This document shows, piece after piece, positions 55,852 through 64,000 of a stretch of DNA of 64,000 bases (positions are counted from its first letter, which is position 1; the number at the start of each line of letters is the position of its first letter). Source of the stretch: a virus. Its lineage: Duplodnaviria > Caudoviricetes. The position numbers and the translations under genes were made by a program. The stretch is taken from positions 82,381-146,380 of the IMG/VR virus record IMGVR_UViG_3300017913_001833, one strand, 5' to 3'. Below the pieces are notes generated by a model, which did not search any database, was not told where the DNA came from, and saw nothing but the letters and a program-made list of their open reading frames with translations.

Positions 55852-58373
55852 CTTGGTCCTTTAACCTCTTGGTTGAAGGTATCAACTGGTGGAATAGGTT
55901 CTGCTTTTACATTTGTACCATCTTTTTCAAGTTCTAGACTTGCAAGTCTTGGTATTTGTCCGTTAACTAATTTGTACAAATATCCACTACCTGTTTTTTG
56001 TCGTCTCGGAGTTTCTGTACCTTTTTTAGCATAGCCAACTGCTTTTTCAAATTCCTTAGCAAGACTACGTAAATCGTTGCTGCTCCAAGTAATACTTTTT
56101 GACTGAAGGTAAGCAACTGCAAGATCTGTTGCGATTACCGGATCATTAGCTAGATCAGGATTTTCTACAATTTGTGGATGTCCTGCTTTTTTACCATAAG
56201 TGCTGTAATTGTCTTTAAACGTAAGTTGAATCATTCCGCGACCGCGATACTTGTAGCCTTCGTCTCTAGCATTACCTAGTCTACCTCCATATATAGTGTT
56301 TCCAATCGTTGCAGGCTTACGTGCTATCCTTGCTGCAATCGCTCTGCGCTGTGCATTTGTTACTTGACGTTTGTATTTCAAATTGTATTCTTTTTTAGCT
56401 GCAAGTGTAAGTCTATACTTGAATGTTCTAAGTAATGCACTTCTACTATAATTTAAGTTTTCGCTTCTTGGTTCAAAATTACATTCATGTCTAATCTGTG
56501 CCATTGCCATAGCAACAGCTTCAGCATTGCCGCCATCATTTGCACTTTTAGTTTCGTCAAGTCCTAATTTTGTACACAATTGATTAACAAAATATTGTTC
56601 CATTTTTGAAGGAGCTGCAGGCTTGTTAGGTTGTTCGCCGATTTCGCCTTCTTGTCCTGGAACAATACCATTGCTTTCTATTTCTACTGTTTTACCGTCC
56701 TTAGTTTCTGTTTGTGCATTTACAACTGCGGCAGTATCATCATTAACATCTGAATCTTCTTCTTCAACAGGTGGTGTTGTGTTTCTGTTTACATAACTAG
56801 GTTCTGCTGTAGCTCTTGTATTTGTAGCTGTAAACACTGTAGGATCTAAATGTTCATGTCCTAACCAAGGCTCATGTTCAGGTAAACGTACAGGGAATAG
56901 TGCATCTTCTGCTTTCTTAGCTTTATCTGCTGTATCAGCTTCTAGTGCTTGTGCAGCAGGAGAAGTAGGATTTAGATCTATAGTAGCACCTGTTATTTTT
57001 GTAGCACCTGTTGTGTTTATATCTAAAGTACCTTCTTGAGAAAAACGTGTGTTTGTTCCTACTTTAATATCTAATGTACTTTCAGTTTGTAATTTAGTTG
57101 TTGTGCCTGCTTTAAAGTCTAATGCTTGTCCTACTGTGAGTTTGCCATTGTCAGTAACATTGATGTTAAGATCCTTACCAGCACTAATATTTGCATTCTC
57201 ACCAACAAGCATATTAAGTTCTGCACCTATTTCAAAATTCATGTCGATGCCAGTTTTTATATCTGTGGCTTGTCCTGTAGTAAGTTTTGTATTCTGCCCT
57301 GCATTTATGTTTAAATTCTTACCAGCATACATATTAATATCTCTATCTGCTGAAAAGTTCAAATCTAGTTCTGTATGTACACTTATACTATCTCTACTGT
57401 AGATATCTATTTTACCTAAACTTGTAAGTTCGATCCAGGCAGTACCTTTTGCGTTACCTATGTAAATTAAATCTTCTGAATTGTGTAGAAGTATTTGATG
57501 TCCTGTCCTAGTACGTAATCTTACAAGTTCGTTGTGAGGAACATCTGCGTAACCTACTTTGTCTTTATCTTCTTCAACACTTACATATTCTGCTTTTGCT
57601 TCACTAGCATAACCTGTACGTAAAATAGCAGGATCACCATCATCCATGACTAGTGTTGATCCGCCTAGTCTGTTATAAAATCTCTGTGTGCCTCCGCCAC
57701 CTGGTGGTCCATACTGTGTTCTTGGTGCTCCATCTCTCCTGTCTTCTGGTCCAGGTGTACTCCAACCAAACACCATACTAGGAACTTCACGCCTTGCACT
57801 TGATGTTGTTGTACCACGTATGCTGTCCTCAAACAATCCTTGTGTTTTTAAATTAAATTCTGCATCATCACTGTGCGGCTTGATAAACTTAGTAGGATTT
57901 CTACCTGCACCTGTCTCTAATTTTTTGTTGTATTCGCCTACAGGATAAGGCTTTGTAGTGTCATCATCATTATAAAATGAACTTGCCATTCCAGGCAACA
58001 TAAAGTTCATGTATTCGTCTTGTACACAACCTATCCAATAACCTCTACTACGATTGCCTTCTGCAAATATCACTAGAACCTGTGTGCCTATGTCAGGTGG
58101 AATAGCCCACATACCATAACTTTTTTGACTATATTTGTAACCTTTATTTTTTGTCAATCCGCTAAAAGGTGTAACACCATAAAATGGACTCATGTATTTT
58201 ACAGTTATGATTTCACCTGTGCCCTGGGTACTGTTTCCACTCTCGACTACTTTGAGTAGTTCTACTTCAAGCGAACCCATAAACTTTGAATCAAGGTGAT
58301 TTACAACTTTTGCAAGATAAGGACCAGGATCACGTACAATACGACCGGAAGGGGTTCTACTTTGTTCTGCCAT
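55848..58373 (-). CDS. gp5: Baseplate central spike, gp5/VgrG-like, with C-terminal GH19 lysozyme/chitinase-like domain
   Basis: N-terminal OB-fold (PPDIGTQVLVIF..G....GYWIG); RTRTGHQILL; 8-residue beta-helix repeats; AQIRHE...ENLNYS...YGGRLGN...GYKYRGRGMIQLT...NY (GH19). Confidence 0.82.
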   Translation of the reverse strand: MAEQSRTPSGRIVRDPGPYLAKVVNHLDSKFMGSLEVELLKVVESGNSTQGTGEIITVKYMSPFYGVTPFSGLTKNKGYKYSQKSYGMWAIPPDIGTQVLVIFAEGNRSRGYWIGCVQDEYMNFMLPGMASSFYNDDDTTKPYPVGEYNKKLETGAGRNPTKFIKPHSDDAEFNLKTQGLFEDSIRGTTTSSARREVPSMVFGWSTPGPEDRRDGAPRTQYGPPGGGGTQRFYNRLGGSTLVMDDGDPAILRTGYASEAKAEYVSVEEDKDKVGYADVPHNELVRLRTRTGHQILLHNSEDLIYIGNAKGTAWIELTSLGKIDIYSRDSISVHTELDLNFSADRDINMYAGKNLNINAGQNTKLTTGQATDIKTGIDMNFEIGAELNMLVGENANISAGKDLNINVTDNGKLTVGQALDFKAGTTTKLQTESTLDIKVGTNTRFSQEGTLDINTTGATKITGATIDLNPTSPAAQALEADTADKAKKAEDALFPVRLPEHEPWLGHEHLDPTVFTATNTRATAEPSYVNRNTTPPVEEEDSDVNDDTAAVVNAQTETKDGKTVEIESNGIVPGQEGEIGEQPNKPAAPSKMEQYFVNQLCTKLGLDETKSANDGGNAEAVAMAMAQIRHECNFEPRSENLNYSRSALLRTFKYRLTLAAKKEYNLKYKRQVTNAQRRAIAARIARKPATIGNTIYGGRLGNARDEGYKYRGRGMIQLTFKDNYSTYGKKAGHPQIVENPDLANDPVIATDLAVAYLQSKSITWSSNDLRSLAKEFEKAVGYAKKGTETPRRQKTGSGYLYKLVNGQIPRLASLELEKDGTNVKAEPIPPVDTFNQEVKGPR

Positions 58374-61030
58374 TATAGTGTTCCTCTAATCCTGTTAATT
58401 ACAGTATTTTCTTCTGGTTTAGGCTTACTGCCTTTGTTAGTATTTTCACTTGTAGTAGTTTGGCTAGCACCACCTCCGGTTGAATTAGCTTTTGCTTTCT
58501 TCTCGTCATTCTTTTTGTTTGGTGTGCTAGTAGGATTTCCTGTAGGATCTGTGCTTTCATTTAGGTTGTTATCTTTATCACCGTCTTTGACTGCACCATT
58601 TCCGCTTTGTGCTGGTGTAGCTTTAGTATCTGTATCTTGATTTGGTCTACGCATTAGCCTTAGTTCTTGTGTAAATTGTCCACCACTAAATTTATTCCTT
58701 GCAAATAGCACTTGATATACTCCACTAAATGCGCCTACAGGTGCTGTACCTAATCCTGGAAACTCCATCCATGTATCACCTGTATCAATAGGAGTTCTAA
58801 AATTAAGTGTAACATCTACTTCGCTACGCTGATATTCTATAGTCCCGTCTTTTGTAAGATTTATTGTTGCAGGATCTTGTTCAGCGTTATAATTACCCAT
58901 ACCACTGTCTGCGATATAATAAGGATCTCCCATAATTGTAAGATCAACCATAACTAAATCTACATCACTATTTACGATAGCATCGTTATATTGTCTAGCA
59001 ACTTGGTTTTGCACATGCGTTTCGCCACCGCCGCCACCACTTGCATTAGGAGCACCTGTTGTGTCGATGGTAGGTGAAGTACCAGTTTCACTGTTTGCTT
59101 CGTTACCTTCGCTTGCTACTGTCGGCTGACTTTCATCACCTGAAGCTGAACTATTCTGTCCTGATAATTTACTATCTGCACCTAGCTGTCCTTTGTCAGC
59201 AGATAATCCCATAAAGAACGCATAGTTGATATCAATATTAAAGTCAATAATATCTTTGTTTACGCCAGTATAGATATAATTGTATTCTTTGCAAGTTTCT
59301 GTTCTTAGTTTATCTATACCAGGAGTAGCAGTATTTCTATTTGCCATTTTACTAACATGAACTTTGAATGGCACAATCTGATATACATATACTTTGGGAT
59401 ATGATCCTTTTACATTTACTACATCAGGCTCATCAACTAGATAAACGTTCACTTCAATCCTGAACCAGTCTACCATTCCTAGTGCATCAGGATTTTCTAC
59501 ATTTTCTGCAAGTTGACGACCATAGTCACTAAGAATAAGGATCTCTTCAATTATGTCTTGTATTTTAGACCCTTGCTTAAATGTAAATTTCCTTCCTTCG
59601 TCACTTATAGTTAAACTGCCTCGACTGAACACACCAGGCTTGTCTTTTACTTCTGTAAACTTAGGACGCCCAAACGGAACTTCTCCTCCGTCTAGATAAC
59701 TTTTAACAATTTTACTCTTACCAATCTTGTTTAAGTTGATTTCATTTTCAGCATTTTCTTTTATCTTTTCACCAAACTCACTACGCTTTAAAACAAAGCC
59801 TTTAATTTTTTGTAGTTCTTGTTCAGCAATTTCTATCATGTCCTCATCTTGCACATCACCAAATGCTAACTTGACTGCTTTTTCTTTATCTAAATCTGTA
59901 AATTCTCTTATCTGTTCTCCTGCTTGCGACAACTTAGATTTTGTAGTTGCACCTTGCTGGTTGTCTATTGCTCCTAGCAATACATCTGTAACACTAGACA
60001 ATTCTTCAGGAAACGCTATAACAAATTGATCACCTCTTGGTGTTTGTTTTGCTTCTTCAGCACGAACTTCTCTATCGTTTAAAACTGTAGCAAGGCTACC
60101 TGGACCGCTTTGTAATAATTCACCTATAGTAGTTCCTGTGAGACTTATATCTGTTTTCACAGTTTGTACTTGATCTGTCAATGCACTTTCATGCCAAGGA
60201 ATTGCTTTAACTGAATATACACTTCCTCCTTCTGTAACATTAAATGTAACATTAATAAAGTTCAATGGAAAAATACGTCTCGCTTTTGGCGGGCGTATGT
60301 AATTGCCATCATCGTCAAATCCTACAAACTCTACACTAAGAACATATGGAGCACCAACATAGTTTTTGTGTCCTGCTTGTTTTGCTGCTAAGTTTAATGT
60401 TTGTAAAAACATTCCCATGCTGTATGGTTCAAGAACTTGAAAGTCAATGCTTGTTGCATTTGTTTGTTTAGTATCTGCGCCTGGTGCAACTAGACAATTT
60501 ATTTCTACTTCATCTATAAAATATTCAACTGCACCTTTAGTTTCAAATGCTGTTCTTGTTTTAGCTGCTCCAGCACCACCTCCGGATTTTAATATTAAAA
60601 CTTCTGGATCATTATATCTGTATGTTAGATCTGGAAAATTTACTTCGTATGCATTCAAACATCCTAAAGTAAAAATATAATTATAACTTGCAAATTTTTC
60701 TAATTGATTAGGAAAAGGCAAACCTCCACCTAAGTCAGTAACTGCACTCTGGCCGCCACTGCCTCCTAACAAACTACTGATGTTTCCCATTCCGCCTAGA
60801 CCAATTAGATCTAAGCCACTTGGTAGTTTTACTTTTCCTGCTAGTTGTTGTACCGCACTATTCACTGCTGACTGTGCTTGACTTTGCACTCCCGATAGTG
60901 TACCGTTAATGTCAATGTTTCCAGGAGTTTTTAAATTTGGTATGTTAGATTGGATTTGGCTTACAGCATTGTCTATGCTGAATCCTCCTGCTTGTACTCT
61001 GTTTAATAAGTTCTGCGGTTTAAACGGCAT
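58373..61030 (-). CDS. Baseplate hub/tail protein (gp27/VgrG N-terminal-like)
   Basis: Lies directly before gp5; YNYIYTG...IIDF.I; L.IMGDPYY; FSGVYQV....NKFSGGQFTQEL.L.R. Confidence 0.6.
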   Translation of the reverse strand: MPFKPQNLLNRVQAGGFSIDNAVSQIQSNIPNLKTPGNIDINGTLSGVQSQAQSAVNSAVQQLAGKVKLPSGLDLIGLGGMGNISSLLGGSGGQSAVTDLGGGLPFPNQLEKFASYNYIFTLGCLNAYEVNFPDLTYRYNDPEVLILKSGGGAGAAKTRTAFETKGAVEYFIDEVEINCLVAPGADTKQTNATSIDFQVLEPYSMGMFLQTLNLAAKQAGHKNYVGAPYVLSVEFVGFDDDGNYIRPPKARRIFPLNFINVTFNVTEGGSVYSVKAIPWHESALTDQVQTVKTDISLTGTTIGELLQSGPGSLATVLNDREVRAEEAKQTPRGDQFVIAFPEELSSVTDVLLGAIDNQQGATTKSKLSQAGEQIREFTDLDKEKAVKLAFGDVQDEDMIEIAEQELQKIKGFVLKRSEFGEKIKENAENEINLNKIGKSKIVKSYLDGGEVPFGRPKFTEVKDKPGVFSRGSLTISDEGRKFTFKQGSKIQDIIEEILILSDYGRQLAENVENPDALGMVDWFRIEVNVYLVDEPDVVNVKGSYPKVYVYQIVPFKVHVSKMANRNTATPGIDKLRTETCKEYNYIYTGVNKDIIDFNIDINYAFFMGLSADKGQLGADSKLSGQNSSASGDESQPTVASEGNEANSETGTSPTIDTTGAPNASGGGGGETHVQNQVARQYNDAIVNSDVDLVMVDLTIMGDPYYIADSGMGNYNAEQDPATINLTKDGTIEYQRSEVDVTLNFRTPIDTGDTWMEFPGLGTAPVGAFSGVYQVLFARNKFSGGQFTQELRLMRRPNQDTDTKATPAQSGNGAVKDGDKDNNLNESTDPTGNPTSTPNKKNDEKKAKANSTGGGASQTTTSENTNKGSKPKPEENTVINRIRGTL

Positions 61031-61333
61031 TTATAATCCTAAGGTTCTAAATAATGATTCACCTTGAGGGATGAAAATCTCTAAGCCAGGCTCCATGTCA
61101 TAAACTGGATCTTTGATAATATCCATATTGCGTTGTGCAAATACCCACCATAAATTTCTATCGCCATACAAATCATATGCAAGCAGATCAGGACGATAAG
61201 CATATTGTGGTTCAATAGCATATCTAACGTCATCACTGTTTTCAGGAACAGGTCTAATATTTAAAATATCTAGATATTGATTATTGAAGAATTTTGTTTT
61301 TGCATAAGGACTGCTACTGCCATACTGTGCCAT
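61031..61333 (-). CDS. gp53: Baseplate wedge protein, gp53-like (LysM-like)
   Basis: YRPDLLAYDLYGD.NLWWVFA..N...DP...G.EIFIP. Confidence 0.8.
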   Translation of the reverse strand: MAQYGSSSPYAKTKFFNNQYLDILNIRPVPENSDDVRYAIEPQYAYRPDLLAYDLYGDRNLWWVFAQRNMDIIKDPVYDMEPGLEIFIPQGESLFRTLGL

Positions 61334-62184
61334 TAAATAAATCCTCCGCCGTTGCCTTTACCGTTGTATGCTCCGCCTACAAAACTTGCAAGGCTGAATT
61401 GTTCAACAGCTTTTCTTGAGTATATTGGCATCAGCGTAACTTGAATGTTACTTTGTACTGGAACCCATGCATTGATAGGACTAGGTACTTGTATGTAATC
61501 TACTTCCGATCCAAGCTCAACACTAAATTGTGTGATTACACAAGGCACATTATTAAACATAAAGTCACCATAACCTTTAACTTTTACAATAGGAGGTGGG
61601 GATCCTTGTTGGTCGGTAGCGCCATATGCCATTTTTGTTGCACTGCGTAAAAAATGTACCGCGGCAACCCAATATGCACCTTCTCTAGCATTTTCTACGA
61701 AGAAATCTCCAACAATACTAAACTGTTCAACTCTACTGTTTTGGTATGCCATGAAAGGATAATTAGTATGTATAGGCTGTATTTGATTATAACTAGCACT
61801 GTGGCTAATTAATATCTGGGGAGTATAAGGAAAAATCAAACCGTTAGTTTCGTAGAGTGGTTGTAGATAAGGCGAAGATTCAAAATTGTTACCTGAAGGT
61901 AAACTTATTCTTACACGCCAATCATACTCATCACCTACAAAGCCTACATCTGTAAAAGGAGCAAATCGTTGTATTGGCATACCAAATCCTGGTAGTCCCC
62001 TACTACGTAATGCTTTACCAAACAGACCGCCTGCGGCTTTTAGCGGATTTGCTTTGAAATCACTAAAAGTTTTTGTTAAATTTTGTTTGATGTTGCTTGC
62101 ACCAACAAGACTTTCAACACTACCTTGAATGTTTCTTGCTTGCGATTTTAAGTTTGCAGCAACACTTGGAAAATTAATTGGCAT
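61333..62184 (-). CDS. Tail tube initiator/baseplate cap protein (gp48/gp54-like)
   Basis: IFPYTPQI...A.Y......HTNY; FLRSATK; PPPIV...GYG..MFNNVPCVIT.FSV. Confidence 0.6.
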   Translation of the reverse strand: MPINFPSVAANLKSQARNIQGSVESLVGASNIKQNLTKTFSDFKANPLKAAGGLFGKALRSRGLPGFGMPIQRFAPFTDVGFVGDEYDWRVRISLPSGNNFESSPYLQPLYETNGLIFPYTPQILISHSASYNQIQPIHTNYPFMAYQNSRVEQFSIVGDFFVENAREGAYWVAAVHFLRSATKMAYGATDQQGSPPPIVKVKGYGDFMFNNVPCVITQFSVELGSEVDYIQVPSPINAWVPVQSNIQVTLMPIYSRKAVEQFSLASFVGGAYNGKGNGGGFI

Positions 62185-62204
62185 TTTTCATACTCCTACA
62201 CAAC

Positions 62205-62210
62205 TATTTA
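62205..62210 (-). promoter_or_regulatory. Late promoter core TAAATA heading the structural operon
   Basis: tattta on +, with an AGGAG Shine-Dalgarno sequence before ATG 62184 on -. Confidence 0.55.
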
Positions 62211-62211
62211 G

Positions 62212-62240
62212 TTGACTTTTTAATGTGCGTATATTATAAT
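62212..62240 (+). promoter_or_regulatory. Sigma70-type promoter TTGACT-N17-TATAAT
   Basis: TTGACT at 62212-62217, TATAAT at 62235-62240, GGAG Shine-Dalgarno sequence before ATG 62264. Confidence 0.8.
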
Positions 62241-62263
62241 ACAACTATAAATTTGGAGAAAAA

Positions 62264-63094
62264 ATGGCCAGAAGAGTAAATTACCTAAACAATAGAGACA
62301 TACTAGCAGAGATACATAAGTCAAAAAATACATTCTGTAGCTTCATTGGTGATGAAGATCATAGATTTGATATTATCCTGCCTAGCATAGATAAAATAAA
62401 CGTTCGAACAATAGCAGAAGCAAAACGTAACAAAGCAAAAAGACTAGCACTACATGCTTATGAATCAGCAAAAGAAGCTGGACAAAAAGTTAAACAAGCT
62501 GAATTTGAAATAGACTATAGAAAAATAGAAAAAACAGATGTTGTGTTCCGCATTATGACGTTCGATCATATACCAGAGGAACCAGGACGCAAGAAGAATC
62601 CTAAGACAGTAGCTGATACCAAAGTTAAACTTAACTTTCCTCCCTTCCAACACTACAAATTCAATGAAAAAGATGACCTAATATGCGTAGGAAAATCGCA
62701 TTGGGAAGGTGGTATGGAGAACGGTGCATTCAGTCTTACACACGGAAAAGCAACAAATAAACTTGCTATGATGTGGATGAAGTTATGTGACAGATATGCA
62801 ACACGAGGCAATGTCCGTGGCTATACATATAATGACGAAATGCGCGGTCAAGCGATATTACAACTTGCTCAGATTGGCTTACAGTTCGACGAAAGCAAGT
62901 CTAACAACCCTTTTGCATACTATACAGCCGCAGTAACCAACAGTTTTGTGAGAGTTATCAACTTAGAGAAGCGAAATCAGAATATTAGAGACGATATTCT
63001 TGAAATGAACGATATGAATCCAAGTTATACCAGGCAAAATCAAGGTGAATGGGAAGCTATGCAAAAAAGAGAACAAGAGATGTCAAAAAAGTAG
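62264..63094 (+). CDS. gp55: Late-transcription sigma factor, T4 gp55-like
   Basis: NYLNNRD; YTYNDEMRGQAI...FDESKSNNPFAYYT...NSFVRVINLEK; adjacent to gp47 as in T4-like phages. Confidence 0.88.
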   Translation: MARRVNYLNNRDILAEIHKSKNTFCSFIGDEDHRFDIILPSIDKINVRTIAEAKRNKAKRLALHAYESAKEAGQKVKQAEFEIDYRKIEKTDVVFRIMTFDHIPEEPGRKKNPKTVADTKVKLNFPPFQHYKFNEKDDLICVGKSHWEGGMENGAFSLTHGKATNKLAMMWMKLCDRYATRGNVRGYTYNDEMRGQAILQLAQIGLQFDESKSNNPFAYYTAAVTNSFVRVINLEKRNQNIRDDILEMNDMNPSYTRQNQGEWEAMQKREQEMSKK

Positions 63095-63123
63095 TTGACT
63101 TTATACACAAAGTATTGTAAACT
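63095..63123 (+). promoter_or_regulatory. Sigma70-type promoter TTGACT-N17-TAAACT
   Basis: TTGACT at 63095-63100, TAAACT at 63118-63123. Confidence 0.65.
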
Positions 63124-63149
63124 AAAGAAAAATACGAGAGGACTATACA

Positions 63150-64000
63150 TTGTTTAAAAAAGCGGCTGTCTTTACTGATATTCACTTTGGATTAAAAGGC
63201 AACTCTAAAGTTCACAATGACGACTGTGAACATTTTGTAGACTGGTATATTGAGCAAGCACAAGCAAATGGATGCGAAACAGGCATCTTCTGTGGTGACT
63301 GGCATCATAATCGTAACAGTCTTAATCTTACAACTATGGATGCAACAATCCGTTGCATGGAAAAGCTCGGACAGGCTTTCGAAAAATTTTATTTCTTTGA
63401 CGGCAACCACGATCTATACTACAAAGACAGGCGTGACGTCAACAGTACAGCATTTGGTAGATTTATTCCAGGCATAACATTTGTGGACGAAATAACAACA
63501 GTTGAAGACGTTACACTTGTTCCGTGGCTGATAGGTGACGAATGGAAGAAAATAAGCAAGATCGAATCAAAGTACATGTTTGGACACTTTGAACTTCCTA
63601 GTTTCTATATGAATGCTATGGTTCAGATGCCTGATCACGGTGAGCTGAAAGCAGAACACTTCCAACATCAAGAATATGTATTTTCAGGACACTTCCACAA
63701 ACGTCAAGTGCAAGGCAAAATTCACTATCTTGGAAATGCTTTCCCACACAACTATGCAGATGCATGGGATGATGACCGTGGTATGATGATACTTGACAGA
63801 GAAAACAACGCAGAACCACAATATTTGAATTGGGCTGACTGTCCTAAGTATCGAACAACTACATTAAGTAAACTGCTTGATCCAGATTCAGATATAATTA
63901 AGCCTAACATGTATTTGCGTGTTACACTTGACTTGCCTATCTCTTATGAAGAAGCACAGTTTATCAAAGAAACATACATTAACAATCACAAGTGTAGAGA
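63150..64000 (+). CDS. gp47: Recombination endonuclease subunit, T4 gp47/Mre11/SbcD-like (3'-truncated; absent from the ORF track)
   Basis: GAGG Shine-Dalgarno sequence, then TTG at 63150. Reads MFKKAAVFTDIHFG...FCGDWHHNR...GNHD...VPW...FGHFE...FSGHFH...YLGN, all metallophosphoesterase motifs; runs off the window end. Confidence 0.92.
   Translation, partial: MFKKAAVFTDIHFGLKGNSKVHNDDCEHFVDWYIEQAQANGCETGIFCGDWHHNRNSLNLTTMDATIRCMEKLGQAFEKFYFFDGNHDLYYKDRRDVNSTAFGRFIPGITFVDEITTVEDVTLVPWLIGDEWKKISKIESKYMFGHFELPSFYMNAMVQMPDHGELKAEHFQHQEYVFSGHFHKRQVQGKIHYLGNAFPHNYADAWDDDRGMMILDRENNAEPQYLNWADCPKYRTTTLSKLLDPDSDIIKPNMYLRVTLDLPISYEEAQFIKETYINNHKCR

Noticed and set aside
30186-62128. Many 60-190 aa plus-strand ORFs opposite the structural genes (e.g. 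32997-33578, 34376-34849, 54758-55117)
   Set aside because: They lie wholly antisense to well-supported genes, lack ribosome-binding sites and motifs, and are explained by codon bias of the sense strand.
63192-63819. Short ORFs 63192-63410, 63250-63477 and 63616-63819
   Set aside because: They are alternative-frame or antisense shadows of the gp47-like gene.
1-64000. CRISPR array, tRNA, rRNA or structured ncRNA
   Set aside because: No regularly spaced repeats or cloverleaf/T-loop signatures were seen, and intergenic spacers are all under about 80 bp. A covariance-model scan was not possible.
1-64000. Stop-codon reassignment as found in some jumbo phages
   Set aside because: Coding density is near complete in the standard code, and TAA, TAG (1724-1726, 63092-63094) and TGA (4331-4333) all end genes at sensible boundaries.

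Overview
This window is an AT-rich, densely coding segment of a large T4-like (myovirus, probably jumbo) phage genome read in the standard genetic code. It has three parts. (1) About 1-29.8 kb is an unusually large block of tailoring enzymes: ten radical SAM enzymes (one cobalamin-binding, nine SPASM/twitch-type in three paralogous subfamilies), about eight Fe(II)/2-oxoglutarate-type dioxygenases (one EctD/PhyH-like), two nitroreductases, two PP-loop ATPases (one QueC-like), two GNAT-like proteins, an ATP-grasp ligase, a membrane fatty-acid desaturase, an SGNH-like protein, a minimal kinase, a double-glycosyltransferase/methyltransferase fusion and two GT8-like glycosyltransferases. (2) About 29.8-62.2 kb is a minus-strand tail fibre/baseplate module: three paralogous fibre genes, a 4971-aa structural protein, and gp6-, gp25-, gp5-, gp53- and gp48/54-like genes. 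It reads directly into the enzyme block. (3) About 62.2-64 kb holds a divergent gp55-like late sigma factor and a truncated gp47-like nuclease that the ORF track missed. Intergenic DNA carries T4-like late promoter cores (RTAAATA) and sigma70-type promoters; several sit 5-6 nt before the ATG, which suggests leaderless mRNAs. The best candidate for an undescribed system is the enzyme block, most plausibly a pathway that decorates virion proteins, glycans or lipids; its product cannot be determined from sequence. All functional calls come from motif recognition by eye, not from database searches.
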